64,000 nucleotides of DNA from a virus. The position numbers and the translations under genes were made by a program. The notes beneath the pieces are model-generated. The model was not told where the DNA came from. It saw only the letters and a list, made by a program, of their open reading frames with translations, and ran no database searches. The stretch lies in IMG/VR virus record IMGVR_UViG_3300020165_001964; one strand, given 5' to 3'. This document shows, piece by piece, positions 39,466 through 49,370 of this stretch; the stretch's first letter is position 1; every line of letters begins with the position of its first letter.

Positions 39466-40026
39466 ATGAGTAAGAATTATAGAAATGAAGAAGCATTTTA
39501 CATGAAAGAGATGGAATGGGGTGTTAATTCAAAAACAAACACTACTTACATGAACTACGAATTTGATATAGATTCACTATATTCAACGATGGTTAAATGT
39601 GATTACTTAGTGAGAGTAAATCCAGGTACTGATATTAATTTAAAGATTGCATCTTATGGTGGTGATGTTTATGCGATGTTAGGTTTAGTTGATTACATCA
39701 GAAGTTTAGATGTAAAGGTTAACACACATTGTGTTGGAACTTGTATGAGTGCAGCATCAGTATTGTTAGCAAGTGGTACTGGTACAAGGACTATGAGTAA
39801 AAACTCTACAGTCATGGTTCATGAGGGTTCAGCGATAGAGACTGGTAAGGTTGGTGATGTTATGAAAGGTGTTGACCATTTGAAAGAACTACAAAAAGAA
39901 ATCAATAAATTGATGGAAGAAGTTACAAATAAAGATGCAAGGTTTTGGGAACTCACTCAGAGAAATGATACTTATTTGAACGCAAAACAATGTTTAGATA
40001 ATGGTATCATCGATAAAATTATTTAA
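39466..40026 (+). CDS. clpP: ClpP-like protease
   Basis: IASYGGDV, CMSAAS (catalytic Ser), VMVH and DTYLNA..GIIDKI. Confidence 0.85.
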   Translation: MSKNYRNEEAFYMKEMEWGVNSKTNTTYMNYEFDIDSLYSTMVKCDYLVRVNPGTDINLKIASYGGDVYAMLGLVDYIRSLDVKVNTHCVGTCMSAASVLLASGTGTRTMSKNSTVMVHEGSAIETGKVGDVMKGVDHLKELQKEINKLMEEVTNKDARFWELTQRNDTYLNAKQCLDNGIIDKII

Positions 40027-40034
40027 AATAATAC

Positions 40035-40064
40035 TTGACAAGTATACAGAAAAAGCCTTATATT
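40035..40064 (+). promoter_or_regulatory. Sigma70-like early promoter
   Basis: TTGACA-N18-TATATT. Confidence 0.75.
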
Positions 40065-40089
40065 AAGGGGTATTAAATTGGAGAAAAAT

Positions 40090-40464
40090 ATGGTAAAGGT
40101 TATAAAAGATAAACCTAAATCTAAAGCTGATGTTATTAGTTATATGGAAAACAAATATCCTAAGATGACATCTGAATTTAAAAGGATTCAAAAGGAACAA
40201 TATGAATTGTTCTTAAGAAAACAGCACGATTATGGTCCACAAAATATTGCAGTTGGTACTGCATTAATTAATGATGAAGATAAGAGATTATCTTTGATGG
40301 GCATTTGGTTTAGGATTAATGATAAAGTAGAAAGAATCAAAACTCTTATTATGAGGGGTGATGATGGTTCTTTAGAGAATGAGGGTTTGGTAGATAGTTA
40401 TTCAGATATATCAAACTATGGAGTTATGGCACAAGTAGTAGCGAGTGGTAAATGGGCAAAATAA
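40090..40464 (+). CDS. DUF1599-like nucleotide-modification-associated protein
   Basis: KQHDYG..RINDKVER..DISNYG. Confidence 0.65.
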   Translation: MVKVIKDKPKSKADVISYMENKYPKMTSEFKRIQKEQYELFLRKQHDYGPQNIAVGTALINDEDKRLSLMGIWFRINDKVERIKTLIMRGDDGSLENEGLVDSYSDISNYGVMAQVVASGKWAK

Positions 40465-41318
40465 GTTATAGTCAGTTCTCACAATGGGACAAGTGTCCAC
40501 AGATGTGGAAGTTAAATTATCTTGAAAAACTTGGTACATTTCAAGGTAATATTTATACTATCTTTGGTTCTGCACTACACGAAACTCTTCAGGCTTACTT
40601 AGTTGCATACTATGAAAAGACTGTTGCAATTGCAGATTCATTACCATTGGGTGATATTCTACAATACAGAATGGAAGAGAATTACAAACGAACTAAAGAA
40701 AACTCAAGTGAACCTGTCGATGTATCACTCGAAGAAATGAAAGAGTTCTTCAATGATGGTCTTAATATTATTAATGAGTTCTTGAAGAGGAAGAGAGGTT
40801 ACTTCCCTAAAAAAGACCATGAGTTATTAGGTATTGAGTTGGATATAGATTTTAACTTACCGAGAGAAATGAGGTTTGTTGGGTTTATGGATGTGGTGAT
40901 ACACAATAAAAAGACTGGTAGAGTTAGGATTATCGATATCAAAACATCTACAATGGGTTGGAATAAGTATATGAAAGCTGATAAGAATAAAACTAATCAG
41001 TTGTTATTGTACAAAAAATTCTTTTCAAAACAGAGAGATATTCCAGAGGATAAAATAGATGTTGAATATTTAATATTGAAGAGAAAATTGTATGAAAATA
41101 CAATGTATCCTCAGAAACGAATACAAGTGTTTTCACCAGCGAGTGGAAAACCAAGTTTGAATAAAGTTACAAGTAGATTACAAGAGTTTATAACAGATTG
41201 TTTTGATGATAATGGTACATTGATTGAAAAAGATTACTTCAAGAATGTATCAACAAAAAATTGTAAGTATTGTGAGTTCAAAAGTAAACCAGATTTATGT
41301 GATAGGAAACAGGCATGA
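40452..41318 (+). CDS. PD-(D/E)XK exonuclease (Cas4/AddB-like, Fe-S)
   Basis: ISYSQ..KCP, GFMD..IIDIKT, QLLLY and CKYCEF..C. Confidence 0.85.
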   Translation: MGKISYSQFSQWDKCPQMWKLNYLEKLGTFQGNIYTIFGSALHETLQAYLVAYYEKTVAIADSLPLGDILQYRMEENYKRTKENSSEPVDVSLEEMKEFFNDGLNIINEFLKRKRGYFPKKDHELLGIELDIDFNLPREMRFVGFMDVVIHNKKTGRVRIIDIKTSTMGWNKYMKADKNKTNQLLLYKKFFSKQRDIPEDKIDVEYLILKRKLYENTMYPQKRIQVFSPASGKPSLNKVTSRLQEFITDCFDDNGTLIEKDYFKNVSTKNCKYCEFKSKPDLCDRKQA

Positions 41319-41749
41319 TTACACCAACAATAAGATTCTACCTACCAGATGCATTAGAGTATGGAGATTATAAAAATATGTCAGATATATTAAATCATAC
41401 TCATTGTCATAGAGTATTTTTTTGGTATGAGAAGAATGATTTGACACAAAAACAAATTAAAGATTTCGTAGACACATGGGGTGAGTTTAAACATCAAAAT
41501 TTTAAAACTCACATTCAACCTATGTTTACTGATTTACAAAGAGATTTTATATGGTATGATTTTATGCCACACAAAAAATTAAACGAGAATCCAGCACAAT
41601 ATTATAGATTTCGTTGGGAATATGGTTTACCTAAATCAATAGAAAAGGGTTTAACAGAGTTCAAAAACACATATGATTTTGTTACTGAATCTCAAACACC
41701 ACAGAAAAAACAAAAGAGGAATGATGGCGAAGATAGCAATCATAGGTAG
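41315..41749 (+). CDS. Hypothetical protein
   Basis: 144-aa coupled ORF. Confidence 0.6.
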   Translation: MITPTIRFYLPDALEYGDYKNMSDILNHTHCHRVFFWYEKNDLTQKQIKDFVDTWGEFKHQNFKTHIQPMFTDLQRDFIWYDFMPHKKLNENPAQYYRFRWEYGLPKSIEKGLTEFKNTYDFVTESQTPQKKQKRNDGEDSNHR

Positions 41750-42128
41750 TAGGTGTTATACCAACAAGAGAAAGATACGAGAGTTTATCTTTAAATTAAA
41801 AGACCAAGTTGGAGAAAAATTAGAGGTAGTAAGTGGTGGAGCGAAAGAGGGAGCAGATAAATATGCAAAGAAATTTGCTCTTGATTTTGATGTGAATTAT
41901 TCAGAGTTTCCAGCATACCATGAAGTACATAATATTCATTGTGTTCAAGAATCATATAGATTTGGTAAACCATATAATGTAGGACATTATCACAGAAGAA
42001 ACAAAGATTTGGTAGAATATAGTGATAAAGTAGTTGCATTTTGTACAGATGGGTTGGTTACAAACGGAACATTATCTGCATTAAAACATGCAGAAAAAAT
42101 AAATAAAAAATCGATTATTATTGATTAA
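41721..42128 (+). CDS. SLOG/YspA-like protein
   Basis: IAIIGSR, VSGGAKEGAD, RN..V and GT motifs. Confidence 0.8.
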   Translation: MMAKIAIIGSRCYTNKRKIREFIFKLKDQVGEKLEVVSGGAKEGADKYAKKFALDFDVNYSEFPAYHEVHNIHCVQESYRFGKPYNVGHYHRRNKDLVEYSDKVVAFCTDGLVTNGTLSALKHAEKINKKSIIID

Positions 42129-42174
42129 AGTTATATTTATTATATATACATATATACAACAAGAGGTATAAAAT

Positions 42175-42369
42175 ATGAATGAAGTTAAATTGACTTCGGT
42201 AAAGGTTATAACCGAGTTATACAAAAAGTTTAAAAACAAAACGATTGATGATGAGTTTTCATTACAGAAACTTGTTAATAGAACACTCGATAAGTTTGTT
42301 CACGATGAGGAGTTTTGCAAAGACATACTAAAACATGAAAACTTACATCAAAGTGGAAGTAAATTTTAA
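42175..42369 (+). CDS. Small hypothetical protein, possibly ribbon-helix-helix-like
   Basis: LTSVKV strand followed by two helices; GAGG RBS. Confidence 0.5.
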   Translation: MNEVKLTSVKVITELYKKFKNKTIDDEFSLQKLVNRTLDKFVHDEEFCKDILKHENLHQSGSKF

Positions 42370-42390
42370 TTATAATATTAAGGGTTATAA

Positions 42391-43833
42391 ATGACAAAGT
42401 TAAAGTTACCAAAGTTAAAATCAGTAGAAAAAGTTAAAGAAGTAAAGAAGAAGAAAAAGATTCTTTTACTATCAGACGACCTAAGAATGTCAAGTGGTGT
42501 CGGTGTAATGTCGAGAGAGATTGTTATGGGAACCATTGATAAATATGATTGGGTTCAGATTGGTGGAGCAGTAAAACATCCTGATGAGGGTAAAACCATC
42601 GATATGTGTGAAGCAGTAAGGAATGATTATGGTGTAGAGGATGGGTATCTAAAAGTTTATCCAGTAAGTGGTTATGGTAATCAAGATATTCTGAAACAGA
42701 TTATGGAGATTGAAAAGCCAGATGCAATCCTACACTATACAGACCCAAGATTTTGGGGTTGGTTATATCATATGGAACACGAGTTAAGACAAGAGATTCC
42801 TATCTTCTATTATAATATATGGGATGATTATCCCGCACCACAATACAATGAGTTCTTTTATGAGAGTTGTGATTTGATTATGAATATATCAAAACAAACT
42901 CATGCAATGGTAAATGCGGTTGCAAAGAAGAAACCAAGAACAGATTGGGATTGTACTTATGTACCACATGGTATTAATGAAAAAGAATTTTATCCAATTA
43001 AGGATGAGACTCAATTGGCAGAGATGAATAAGTTTAAACAGCAAATAGTTGGTAATAAACCAACAGATTTTATTTTGTTGTATGTTAACAGAAACATCAA
43101 ACGAAAGATGATTGGAGATTGTATGTTGGCATTCCAATCATTCCATAATCAGTTACCAAAAGAACAACAAGATAGGGTTGCATATGTTATGCATACACAA
43201 CCAATCGACCAACATGGTACAGATTTACCACATTTGATTGAGGATTTAATGCCAGAATGTAGAGTACATTTCAGTGCTAATAAACTTGAACCTAAAGAAA
43301 TGAATTACCTATATAATATTGCAGATGTTACAATGAACATCGCTTCTAATGAGGGATTTGGATTAGGTACTTGTGAATCATTAATGGCTGGAACACCAAT
43401 CATAGTAAATGTTACAGGTGGATTACAAGACCAATGTGGATTCAGAGTTAATGATAAGTTGTTAACAATAGATGATTACAAAGATATTAAATCTTTACAT
43501 AATCACAAGGAGTGGGAACACAACGAAGAATTAACTTGGGGTGAGTGGGTAAAACCAGTATGGCCTAAGACTCGTTCTCTAATGGGTTCAGTACCAACAC
43601 CATACATTTTCGATGATAGATGTGATTGGGAAGATGCCGCAGATAGAATAAAAGAGTGGTATGAAATGGGAAGAGAAGCCAGAAAAGAGTGTGGATTTAA
43701 AGGACACGAATTTGTAACAAGTGATGATGCAAATATGAGTGCAAGAGCAATGTGTGGTTTATTCATAGACCATATGGAAACTGCATTTGATAAGTGGACT
43801 CCAAAACAAAAGATTAATGTTTATAAAGTGTGA
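42391..43833 (+). CDS. GT-B (GT4-like) glycosyltransferase
   Basis: VPHGI, NRNIKRK and NEGFGL..ESLMAGTP. Confidence 0.88.
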   Translation: MTKLKLPKLKSVEKVKEVKKKKKILLLSDDLRMSSGVGVMSREIVMGTIDKYDWVQIGGAVKHPDEGKTIDMCEAVRNDYGVEDGYLKVYPVSGYGNQDILKQIMEIEKPDAILHYTDPRFWGWLYHMEHELRQEIPIFYYNIWDDYPAPQYNEFFYESCDLIMNISKQTHAMVNAVAKKKPRTDWDCTYVPHGINEKEFYPIKDETQLAEMNKFKQQIVGNKPTDFILLYVNRNIKRKMIGDCMLAFQSFHNQLPKEQQDRVAYVMHTQPIDQHGTDLPHLIEDLMPECRVHFSANKLEPKEMNYLYNIADVTMNIASNEGFGLGTCESLMAGTPIIVNVTGGLQDQCGFRVNDKLLTIDDYKDIKSLHNHKEWEHNEELTWGEWVKPVWPKTRSLMGSVPTPYIFDDRCDWEDAADRIKEWYEMGREARKECGFKGHEFVTSDDANMSARAMCGLFIDHMETAFDKWTPKQKINVYKV

Positions 43834-43840
43834 GGGATAA

Positions 43841-45160
43841 ATGAACAAACCATTAGTATTAGTAACAGCACCAGTCAAAACAAGAAGTGGTTATGGTAAT
43901 CACTCACGAGATATTTGTACTGCGTTAATTAACTCAGATAAATATGATGTTATGATTAACAATTGTAGATGGGGTGGAACACCTATGACTGCATTAGAAA
44001 AGGGTAATTCACAACATGATGCGATAGAAGAAAGATTATTAACATCACCACAATTACCACAACAACCTGATTTACATATTCACATTGTAATACCGAATGA
44101 GTTTCAACCGATTGGTAAAAAGAACATGGGTATCACTGCAGGTATAGAAACAACAATACCAATGCCATCATGGATAGATGGTGCTAACAAAATGGATACC
44201 ACGATATTCACATCAGAGTTCACTAAACATTGTTTTGATGCTGCTGAATTTGAAGATGGTAAAACAAAAAGAATTGTAAAGTTCGATAAACCAGGTTCAG
44301 TATTATTTGAGGGTATTGATACAGATACCTACAACGAAACAAGAACCTTTTCAGATGAAGTAAAAGAAGTATTTGATGGTATTGATAGTGATTGGAACTT
44401 CTTATTTGTAGGACATTGGTTAAGTGGTACACTTGGTAAAGATAGAAAAGATATTGGTATGTTGATTAAAGTATTCTTAGAATCATTTAAGAATCAAAAG
44501 AATCCACCAAACTTAATTCTAAAAACAAGTGGTGCAGATTTTAGTATTCTTGATAGAGAAGATATACTTTCAAAAATAAAACATCTTAAAGATAGTGTAA
44601 ATGGTGTGTTGCCAAATATTTATCTTATACATGGTGATTTTACAGATTCTCAGATGAATGAATTATATAATCATCCTAAAGTAAAAGCACATATTACATT
44701 CACACATGGTGAGGGATTTGGTAGACCATTATTAGAGGCTTGTCAAAGTGGTAAACCTGTAATTGCACCAGATTGGAGTGGACAGGTAGATTTCTTAGAT
44801 AAGAACTATGCAACTCTACTTCCAGGTAGTTTAGTACAAGTACCACAAGGTGCATTCAATAAAGATATTTTCTTTGAATCACCTGATAATAAGTGGTTCA
44901 CAGTCAATTATAATGTTGCATCACAAGTGATGAAAGATGTATATAAGAACTATACTAAATACATGGTAAAGGCTAAACAATTAAAGGTAGTTACTTCTAC
45001 CAAGTTTAGTTTACAGAAGATGCAAGATAAGTTAATCACAGAGGTTGATAACTTACTAAAGGATGTACCAAAATCAGTAGAACTTAAACTACCAAAGTTG
45101 AATAAAGTTGAAGATAAAAAAACAGATGGTATTAAATTACCAAAATTGAAAAAGGTATAA
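43841..45160 (+). CDS. GT-B (GT4-like) glycosyltransferase
   Basis: SGYG, DRKD and GEGFGRPLLEA..GKPVI. Confidence 0.88.
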   Translation: MNKPLVLVTAPVKTRSGYGNHSRDICTALINSDKYDVMINNCRWGGTPMTALEKGNSQHDAIEERLLTSPQLPQQPDLHIHIVIPNEFQPIGKKNMGITAGIETTIPMPSWIDGANKMDTTIFTSEFTKHCFDAAEFEDGKTKRIVKFDKPGSVLFEGIDTDTYNETRTFSDEVKEVFDGIDSDWNFLFVGHWLSGTLGKDRKDIGMLIKVFLESFKNQKNPPNLILKTSGADFSILDREDILSKIKHLKDSVNGVLPNIYLIHGDFTDSQMNELYNHPKVKAHITFTHGEGFGRPLLEACQSGKPVIAPDWSGQVDFLDKNYATLLPGSLVQVPQGAFNKDIFFESPDNKWFTVNYNVASQVMKDVYKNYTKYMVKAKQLKVVTSTKFSLQKMQDKLITEVDNLLKDVPKSVELKLPKLNKVEDKKTDGIKLPKLKKV

Positions 45161-45161
45161 C

Positions 45162-45623
45162 ATGGCAGAGAAAAAGATAACTTGTCCTAATTGTTTCAAT
45201 GGTGAAAGGTGTTTTGAAGATACACAAGAACAAGATGGTAAAACATTTAGTTCCTATATGTGTTTTAATTGTGGGTTCACAAGTAATTCAGCATACAAAT
45301 GGGGTTCACAAGAATTAAAGAAAGCACAATTGGGTGCAACTCAATTAATGAATGATATCGCACTTTTAGATGAAGAAAGAGAGATAATGTGGTTTCCATC
45401 AGTATTAAACATGGGTAAGTTTGGGGTTATTTATCCAGAGGGAACACAAAATAATTGGGTATATAAATTTGCAGAGGTTCGTAAGTTAACGGATTTAGAA
45501 AAGAAAGATGATAAATATGAAGGTCATGACCAAATGTTAGATGTTGAGAAATCAAAAGAGTATGGTCAATACGAGTTTTTAGATGCGTGTAAAGATATGG
45601 GAATCATTAAGGATATTGATTAA
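45162..45623 (+). CDS. Zn-finger hypothetical protein
   Basis: CPNC..CFNCG. Confidence 0.6.
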   Translation: MAEKKITCPNCFNGERCFEDTQEQDGKTFSSYMCFNCGFTSNSAYKWGSQELKKAQLGATQLMNDIALLDEEREIMWFPSVLNMGKFGVIYPEGTQNNWVYKFAEVRKLTDLEKKDDKYEGHDQMLDVEKSKEYGQYEFLDACKDMGIIKDID

Positions 45624-46129
45624 TGGCACTAAGAAATACCGCATGGCATCAAGTTGAACCAGGTCAGATTGTAACTTTCTTATATAAAGGAAAGGATTCT
45701 AAACGAGCAGTTAAAAGAACTATATTAGTTCTAAATCCTAATCTAAGATACAGAAAGAAATCTACAAAAAGAGTTAAGAGTTTTGTAGTTGGGTTACAAT
45801 TAGATACTGCAATCACACCACCAATAACTTCAACAAAACTTGAGAATTTATTTGGAAAGATAGGTGGATTAGAAATAGAAGAGGGTGCAATTGCTGGTGA
45901 TTTAAAAGATAGAATGACACCTGCAGATACTACAAGATTATACAGAAAACTAAAGAACTTAGTTAGTAAGTACAATAACTATCGTACATTCAGTAGAAGA
46001 ATGTGTTTAAAACGAAGAGTTTACCTTGAGGTTGCATACTCAAAGATTCCAAAAGATACATTGGATGAGTTTGGTAGAGAGATGAATAAAAAGTTTCAGA
46101 ACCAATTAGAGGGCAATGATGAAGATTAG
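45623..46129 (+). CDS. Hypothetical basic protein
   Basis: 168-aa coupled ORF. Confidence 0.6.
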   Translation: MALRNTAWHQVEPGQIVTFLYKGKDSKRAVKRTILVLNPNLRYRKKSTKRVKSFVVGLQLDTAITPPITSTKLENLFGKIGGLEIEEGAIAGDLKDRMTPADTTRLYRKLKNLVSKYNNYRTFSRRMCLKRRVYLEVAYSKIPKDTLDEFGREMNKKFQNQLEGNDED

Positions 46130-46751
46130 TTATGGTATTACTGTCCACAAAGAACACGAAGAGTTAAATCAGTTATTAGAGTTATTAGTTAACGAAACTG
46201 ATACCGAAGATGAAATCATTATTGTTCAAGATGGTGATGATAAAAAAGTAGAGGGAGTTATATCTAAGTGGATGAACGAAACCTTAGATTGGAAAGGTAT
46301 CTACTGGCACACACATGAACTCAATGGTGATTTTGCAAAACACAAGAATTTTGTAATCGAAAAATGTGAGGGTGATTATATCTTCCACATTGATGCAGAT
46401 GAATATCCAAACAAAATATTACTACAACAAGTAAAAGATATTTTAAAAATAAATCAAGTAGATTTGATTTGGGTTCCAAGAGTAAATACTGTCGATGGTA
46501 TTACACAAGAACATTTAAAAGCATGGGGTTGGAGACAAACAGAACAAGGTTGGATTAATTATCCTGATTACCAAAGTAGAATATTCAAAAACTCACCAGA
46601 TATTAAATGGCAGAGAAAAGTACATGAACAGATACAAGGTTGTAAAACATATGCACACTTACCACCACATGAGGAGTTAAGTTTGTATCATCCAAAAACA
46701 ATTCAAAAACAAGAAACGCAGAACAATTTATATAGTGAGATACTATCATGA
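46116..46751 (+). CDS. GT2 glycosyltransferase
   Basis: DFAKHKN, IFHIDADE, PDYQSRI and VHE. Confidence 0.85.
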   Translation: MMKISYGITVHKEHEELNQLLELLVNETDTEDEIIIVQDGDDKKVEGVISKWMNETLDWKGIYWHTHELNGDFAKHKNFVIEKCEGDYIFHIDADEYPNKILLQQVKDILKINQVDLIWVPRVNTVDGITQEHLKAWGWRQTEQGWINYPDYQSRIFKNSPDIKWQRKVHEQIQGCKTYAHLPPHEELSLYHPKTIQKQETQNNLYSEILS

Positions 46752-47479
46752 AAAATGTAATGATATTCCAAGATTTTATTGATGAGAAAACTTATGGTCA
46801 TCAATGGAAAACTGAAGAACTATTCAAATACTTCAAAGCACAAATAGATAATAGTATTAGATTAGGGTGGGAACCAAAAGATATTTGTATTGTAACTAAT
46901 TTAGACTTCGAGTACAGAGATGTAACCATCATCAGAACTAAAACACTATGTACTTATAACAAGTATTTCAATAAGATGTTTGGTATGTTAGAACTATTAG
47001 AATCTAATTTGATTGATGATGATTTTTGGTTTCATGATTTTGATGATTGGCAATTAAGTGAGTTCGATGGATTCCCATACTTTCCAGGTGTTATTGGTGG
47101 TTGTAAATATATTTTTGATAATCCTACACCACAATGGAACACAGGTTCTCTATTTGTAAAGAGAGAGGCATTACCAATCTTTAAATACATTGTTAGGATG
47201 ATGGAAGAAAATAAGAACCATGAAAAGATTCACACATTCGGTGATGAAAACCTTTTCAATCTATGTGTATATCAAGTTTATCCAGATAATGTTAGTGAGA
47301 TAGATTATACATATAATGTTGGGTGTACAGGTTTCCAAGATAGGATGGATAGAGTTTATAGTAAACCAGTCCGAGTTGGAGCATTCAAACCAGATGAAGA
47401 AAGAATAAGTTTATTTAAAGATGCAGGTTTGATTGATGATGAACTGATGGATATATTTAAAAAGTATGAGTTGTTATGA
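46748..47479 (+). CDS. GT-A fold transferase-like protein
   Basis: WFHDFD (DxD), WNTGSLF, DE and YNVG. Confidence 0.6.
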   Translation: MKNVMIFQDFIDEKTYGHQWKTEELFKYFKAQIDNSIRLGWEPKDICIVTNLDFEYRDVTIIRTKTLCTYNKYFNKMFGMLELLESNLIDDDFWFHDFDDWQLSEFDGFPYFPGVIGGCKYIFDNPTPQWNTGSLFVKREALPIFKYIVRMMEENKNHEKIHTFGDENLFNLCVYQVYPDNVSEIDYTYNVGCTGFQDRMDRVYSKPVRVGAFKPDEERISLFKDAGLIDDELMDIFKKYELL

Positions 47480-48033
47480 TAGATGTAAAAACATTACCAA
47501 ACAAAGATGAAGATAAAAATACAACATCTCACAAATTCAAACAAGATTTAATTGAGTTCTTCAAAGGTAAAAATCTAAAATCATGTCTTGAGGTTGGTAC
47601 TAATAGAGGTTATTCCACATTAGTTTTAAGTCATATATTTGATTGGGTTACTACGATGGAGATTGATAACGATAACATAGAGTTTGCAAAGAATGTTTGT
47701 AAAGATAGAGAGAACATTGAGTTTCTACAGAAAGATGTTTATCAATGGAATTGGAACTTCCCTAATTTTGATGTGGTGTTCATAGATTGTAGACATGATT
47801 ATCAAGGTGTTAAACAAGATTATAATAATGCGTGTGATTTAGAACCACAATATATAGTGTTTGATGATTACGGATTGCCAGAGAATCATCCTGCAGTAAA
47901 AGAATGTGTAGATGATATACTATCACAATCAGATTATTGGAACGCAATACCAATAGGAATGAAACCAGGTACATCACTAAGAAGAGGTAGAACATTAAGA
48001 GATTACGAGGGGATGATATTTTATCATGCATGA
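47476..48033 (+). CDS. Class I SAM methyltransferase
   Basis: LEVGTNRGYS, VFIDCRHDY and VFDDY. Confidence 0.85.
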   Translation: MIDVKTLPNKDEDKNTTSHKFKQDLIEFFKGKNLKSCLEVGTNRGYSTLVLSHIFDWVTTMEIDNDNIEFAKNVCKDRENIEFLQKDVYQWNWNFPNFDVVFIDCRHDYQGVKQDYNNACDLEPQYIVFDDYGLPENHPAVKECVDDILSQSDYWNAIPIGMKPGTSLRRGRTLRDYEGMIFYHA

Positions 48034-48658
48034 TGTTATAATTTGTACCACCGCAGTTGATAGACCAGAACTACACAAACATATATTTCCAAAGTATTTA
48101 GAATTTTTAGATGGTGTTGATTTTCATTGGTTAATACATATCAATAATGTTTGGGGTGGAGTTCAAAATGCAGTTGATGAGTTATCGGTAATACTTCCAC
48201 AAGATTCAAGTTATGAGTTTATATTATCAGAAGAGGGTGGAAAGAATATAGATTTCTTCAATGCAGGTAAAAAACTAATAGAAGAGTGTACTAACCATGA
48301 AAGTAAGTATGGTGTTCTTTGGTTAGAAGATGATTGGGAATACAATGGCAGTGATAAATTAATCGATATAGTTGGTGATTATAAATACCTACAATTAGTA
48401 TCAAGAAATAAAGAGATGAGTTTTAATCCAGGTTTATTTAGTTGGGATGTACTGAAGAATATAATGCAACCAAATATGAAAAGGACAGGATACCAATACT
48501 ACAATGATAATCCTGAGAGAACTGCATTATTTCATGATAAAGTTAATGCATCCATTAGTGTTGATAATCATGTGGTGAAACCAAACTTCAGAGATATTGG
48601 CAGAGATTGGATGTCAAGAAAACACGATGGTAAAAGGGTGTTTAATATAAATGTATAG
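48026..48658 (+). CDS. GT-A fold transferase-like protein
   Basis: TTAVDRP, LWLEDDW, SFNPGL and DIGR. Confidence 0.6.
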   Translation: MHDVIICTTAVDRPELHKHIFPKYLEFLDGVDFHWLIHINNVWGGVQNAVDELSVILPQDSSYEFILSEEGGKNIDFFNAGKKLIEECTNHESKYGVLWLEDDWEYNGSDKLIDIVGDYKYLQLVSRNKEMSFNPGLFSWDVLKNIMQPNMKRTGYQYYNDNPERTALFHDKVNASISVDNHVVKPNFRDIGRDWMSRKHDGKRVFNINV

Positions 48659-49370
48659 TATATTCACAATAATGAATTCAGGTTATAGTAATTTTGGTAG
48701 AATATTTTTTAATTCACTACATCAGAATTTAACTCTTGATGAGATTGATACAATTTGGGTGGGTGATACTGGTATTGATGAAAGAGATAGAGAATATCTA
48801 AAACAATTTAAAAAAGTTAAAATACTCGATTCAGGTAAGGTTACAAAAAATAATAGATTACATGATAAAGATTGGTTAGAAAGTGTTTCACAAAAAACAA
48901 TACTACTTAGAAGTGTGTGTTCAGTTTCGGAATCACCCGTAGTGATGATTGATTTGGATTCATATTTTATAAGTGATTTTCATCAACATTTAAAATTGGA
49001 TTGTGATGTACAAGTTGTACATAGAGAAAAGAATCCACCACATATTGCATCATGGTTTGCAGTAAACAATTTACAAAAAGGAGTTGAGTTTATTGATGAT
49101 TGGATTAAAACTATGAATAAGTGGGATGGAGTACCAAAAGAATCACCATCATTAAATCATTTAGTATTAAATAACGATAAATATGTAATCGGAATAGAAC
49201 AAGAGAGATTACTTGCTGCATATGGCACTCTTGAAGAATCAAAGTTTTGGGGTTCACATATTGTACATTACAAAAGTAGTAGAATTGCATCATCACCACA
49301 AGAAGATTTTCACAATAGAGTTTATAAAAGAGGATTTGAAGAATTAGTAGGGGGTTGGGTAGATGTGTAG
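48651..49370 (+). CDS. Nucleotide-diphospho-sugar transferase-like protein
   Basis: VMIDLD (DxD) and IVHYK. Confidence 0.65.
   Translation: MYSIFTIMNSGYSNFGRIFFNSLHQNLTLDEIDTIWVGDTGIDERDREYLKQFKKVKILDSGKVTKNNRLHDKDWLESVSQKTILLRSVCSVSESPVVMIDLDSYFISDFHQHLKLDCDVQVVHREKNPPHIASWFAVNNLQKGVEFIDDWIKTMNKWDGVPKESPSLNHLVLNNDKYVIGIEQERLLAAYGTLEESKFWGSHIVHYKSSRIASSPQEDFHNRVYKRGFEELVGGWVDV

Noticed and set aside
40452-41318. CRISPR-Cas system suggested by the Cas4-like nuclease
   Set aside because: No repeat-spacer array or other cas genes were seen; stand-alone Cas4-like nucleases are common in phages.
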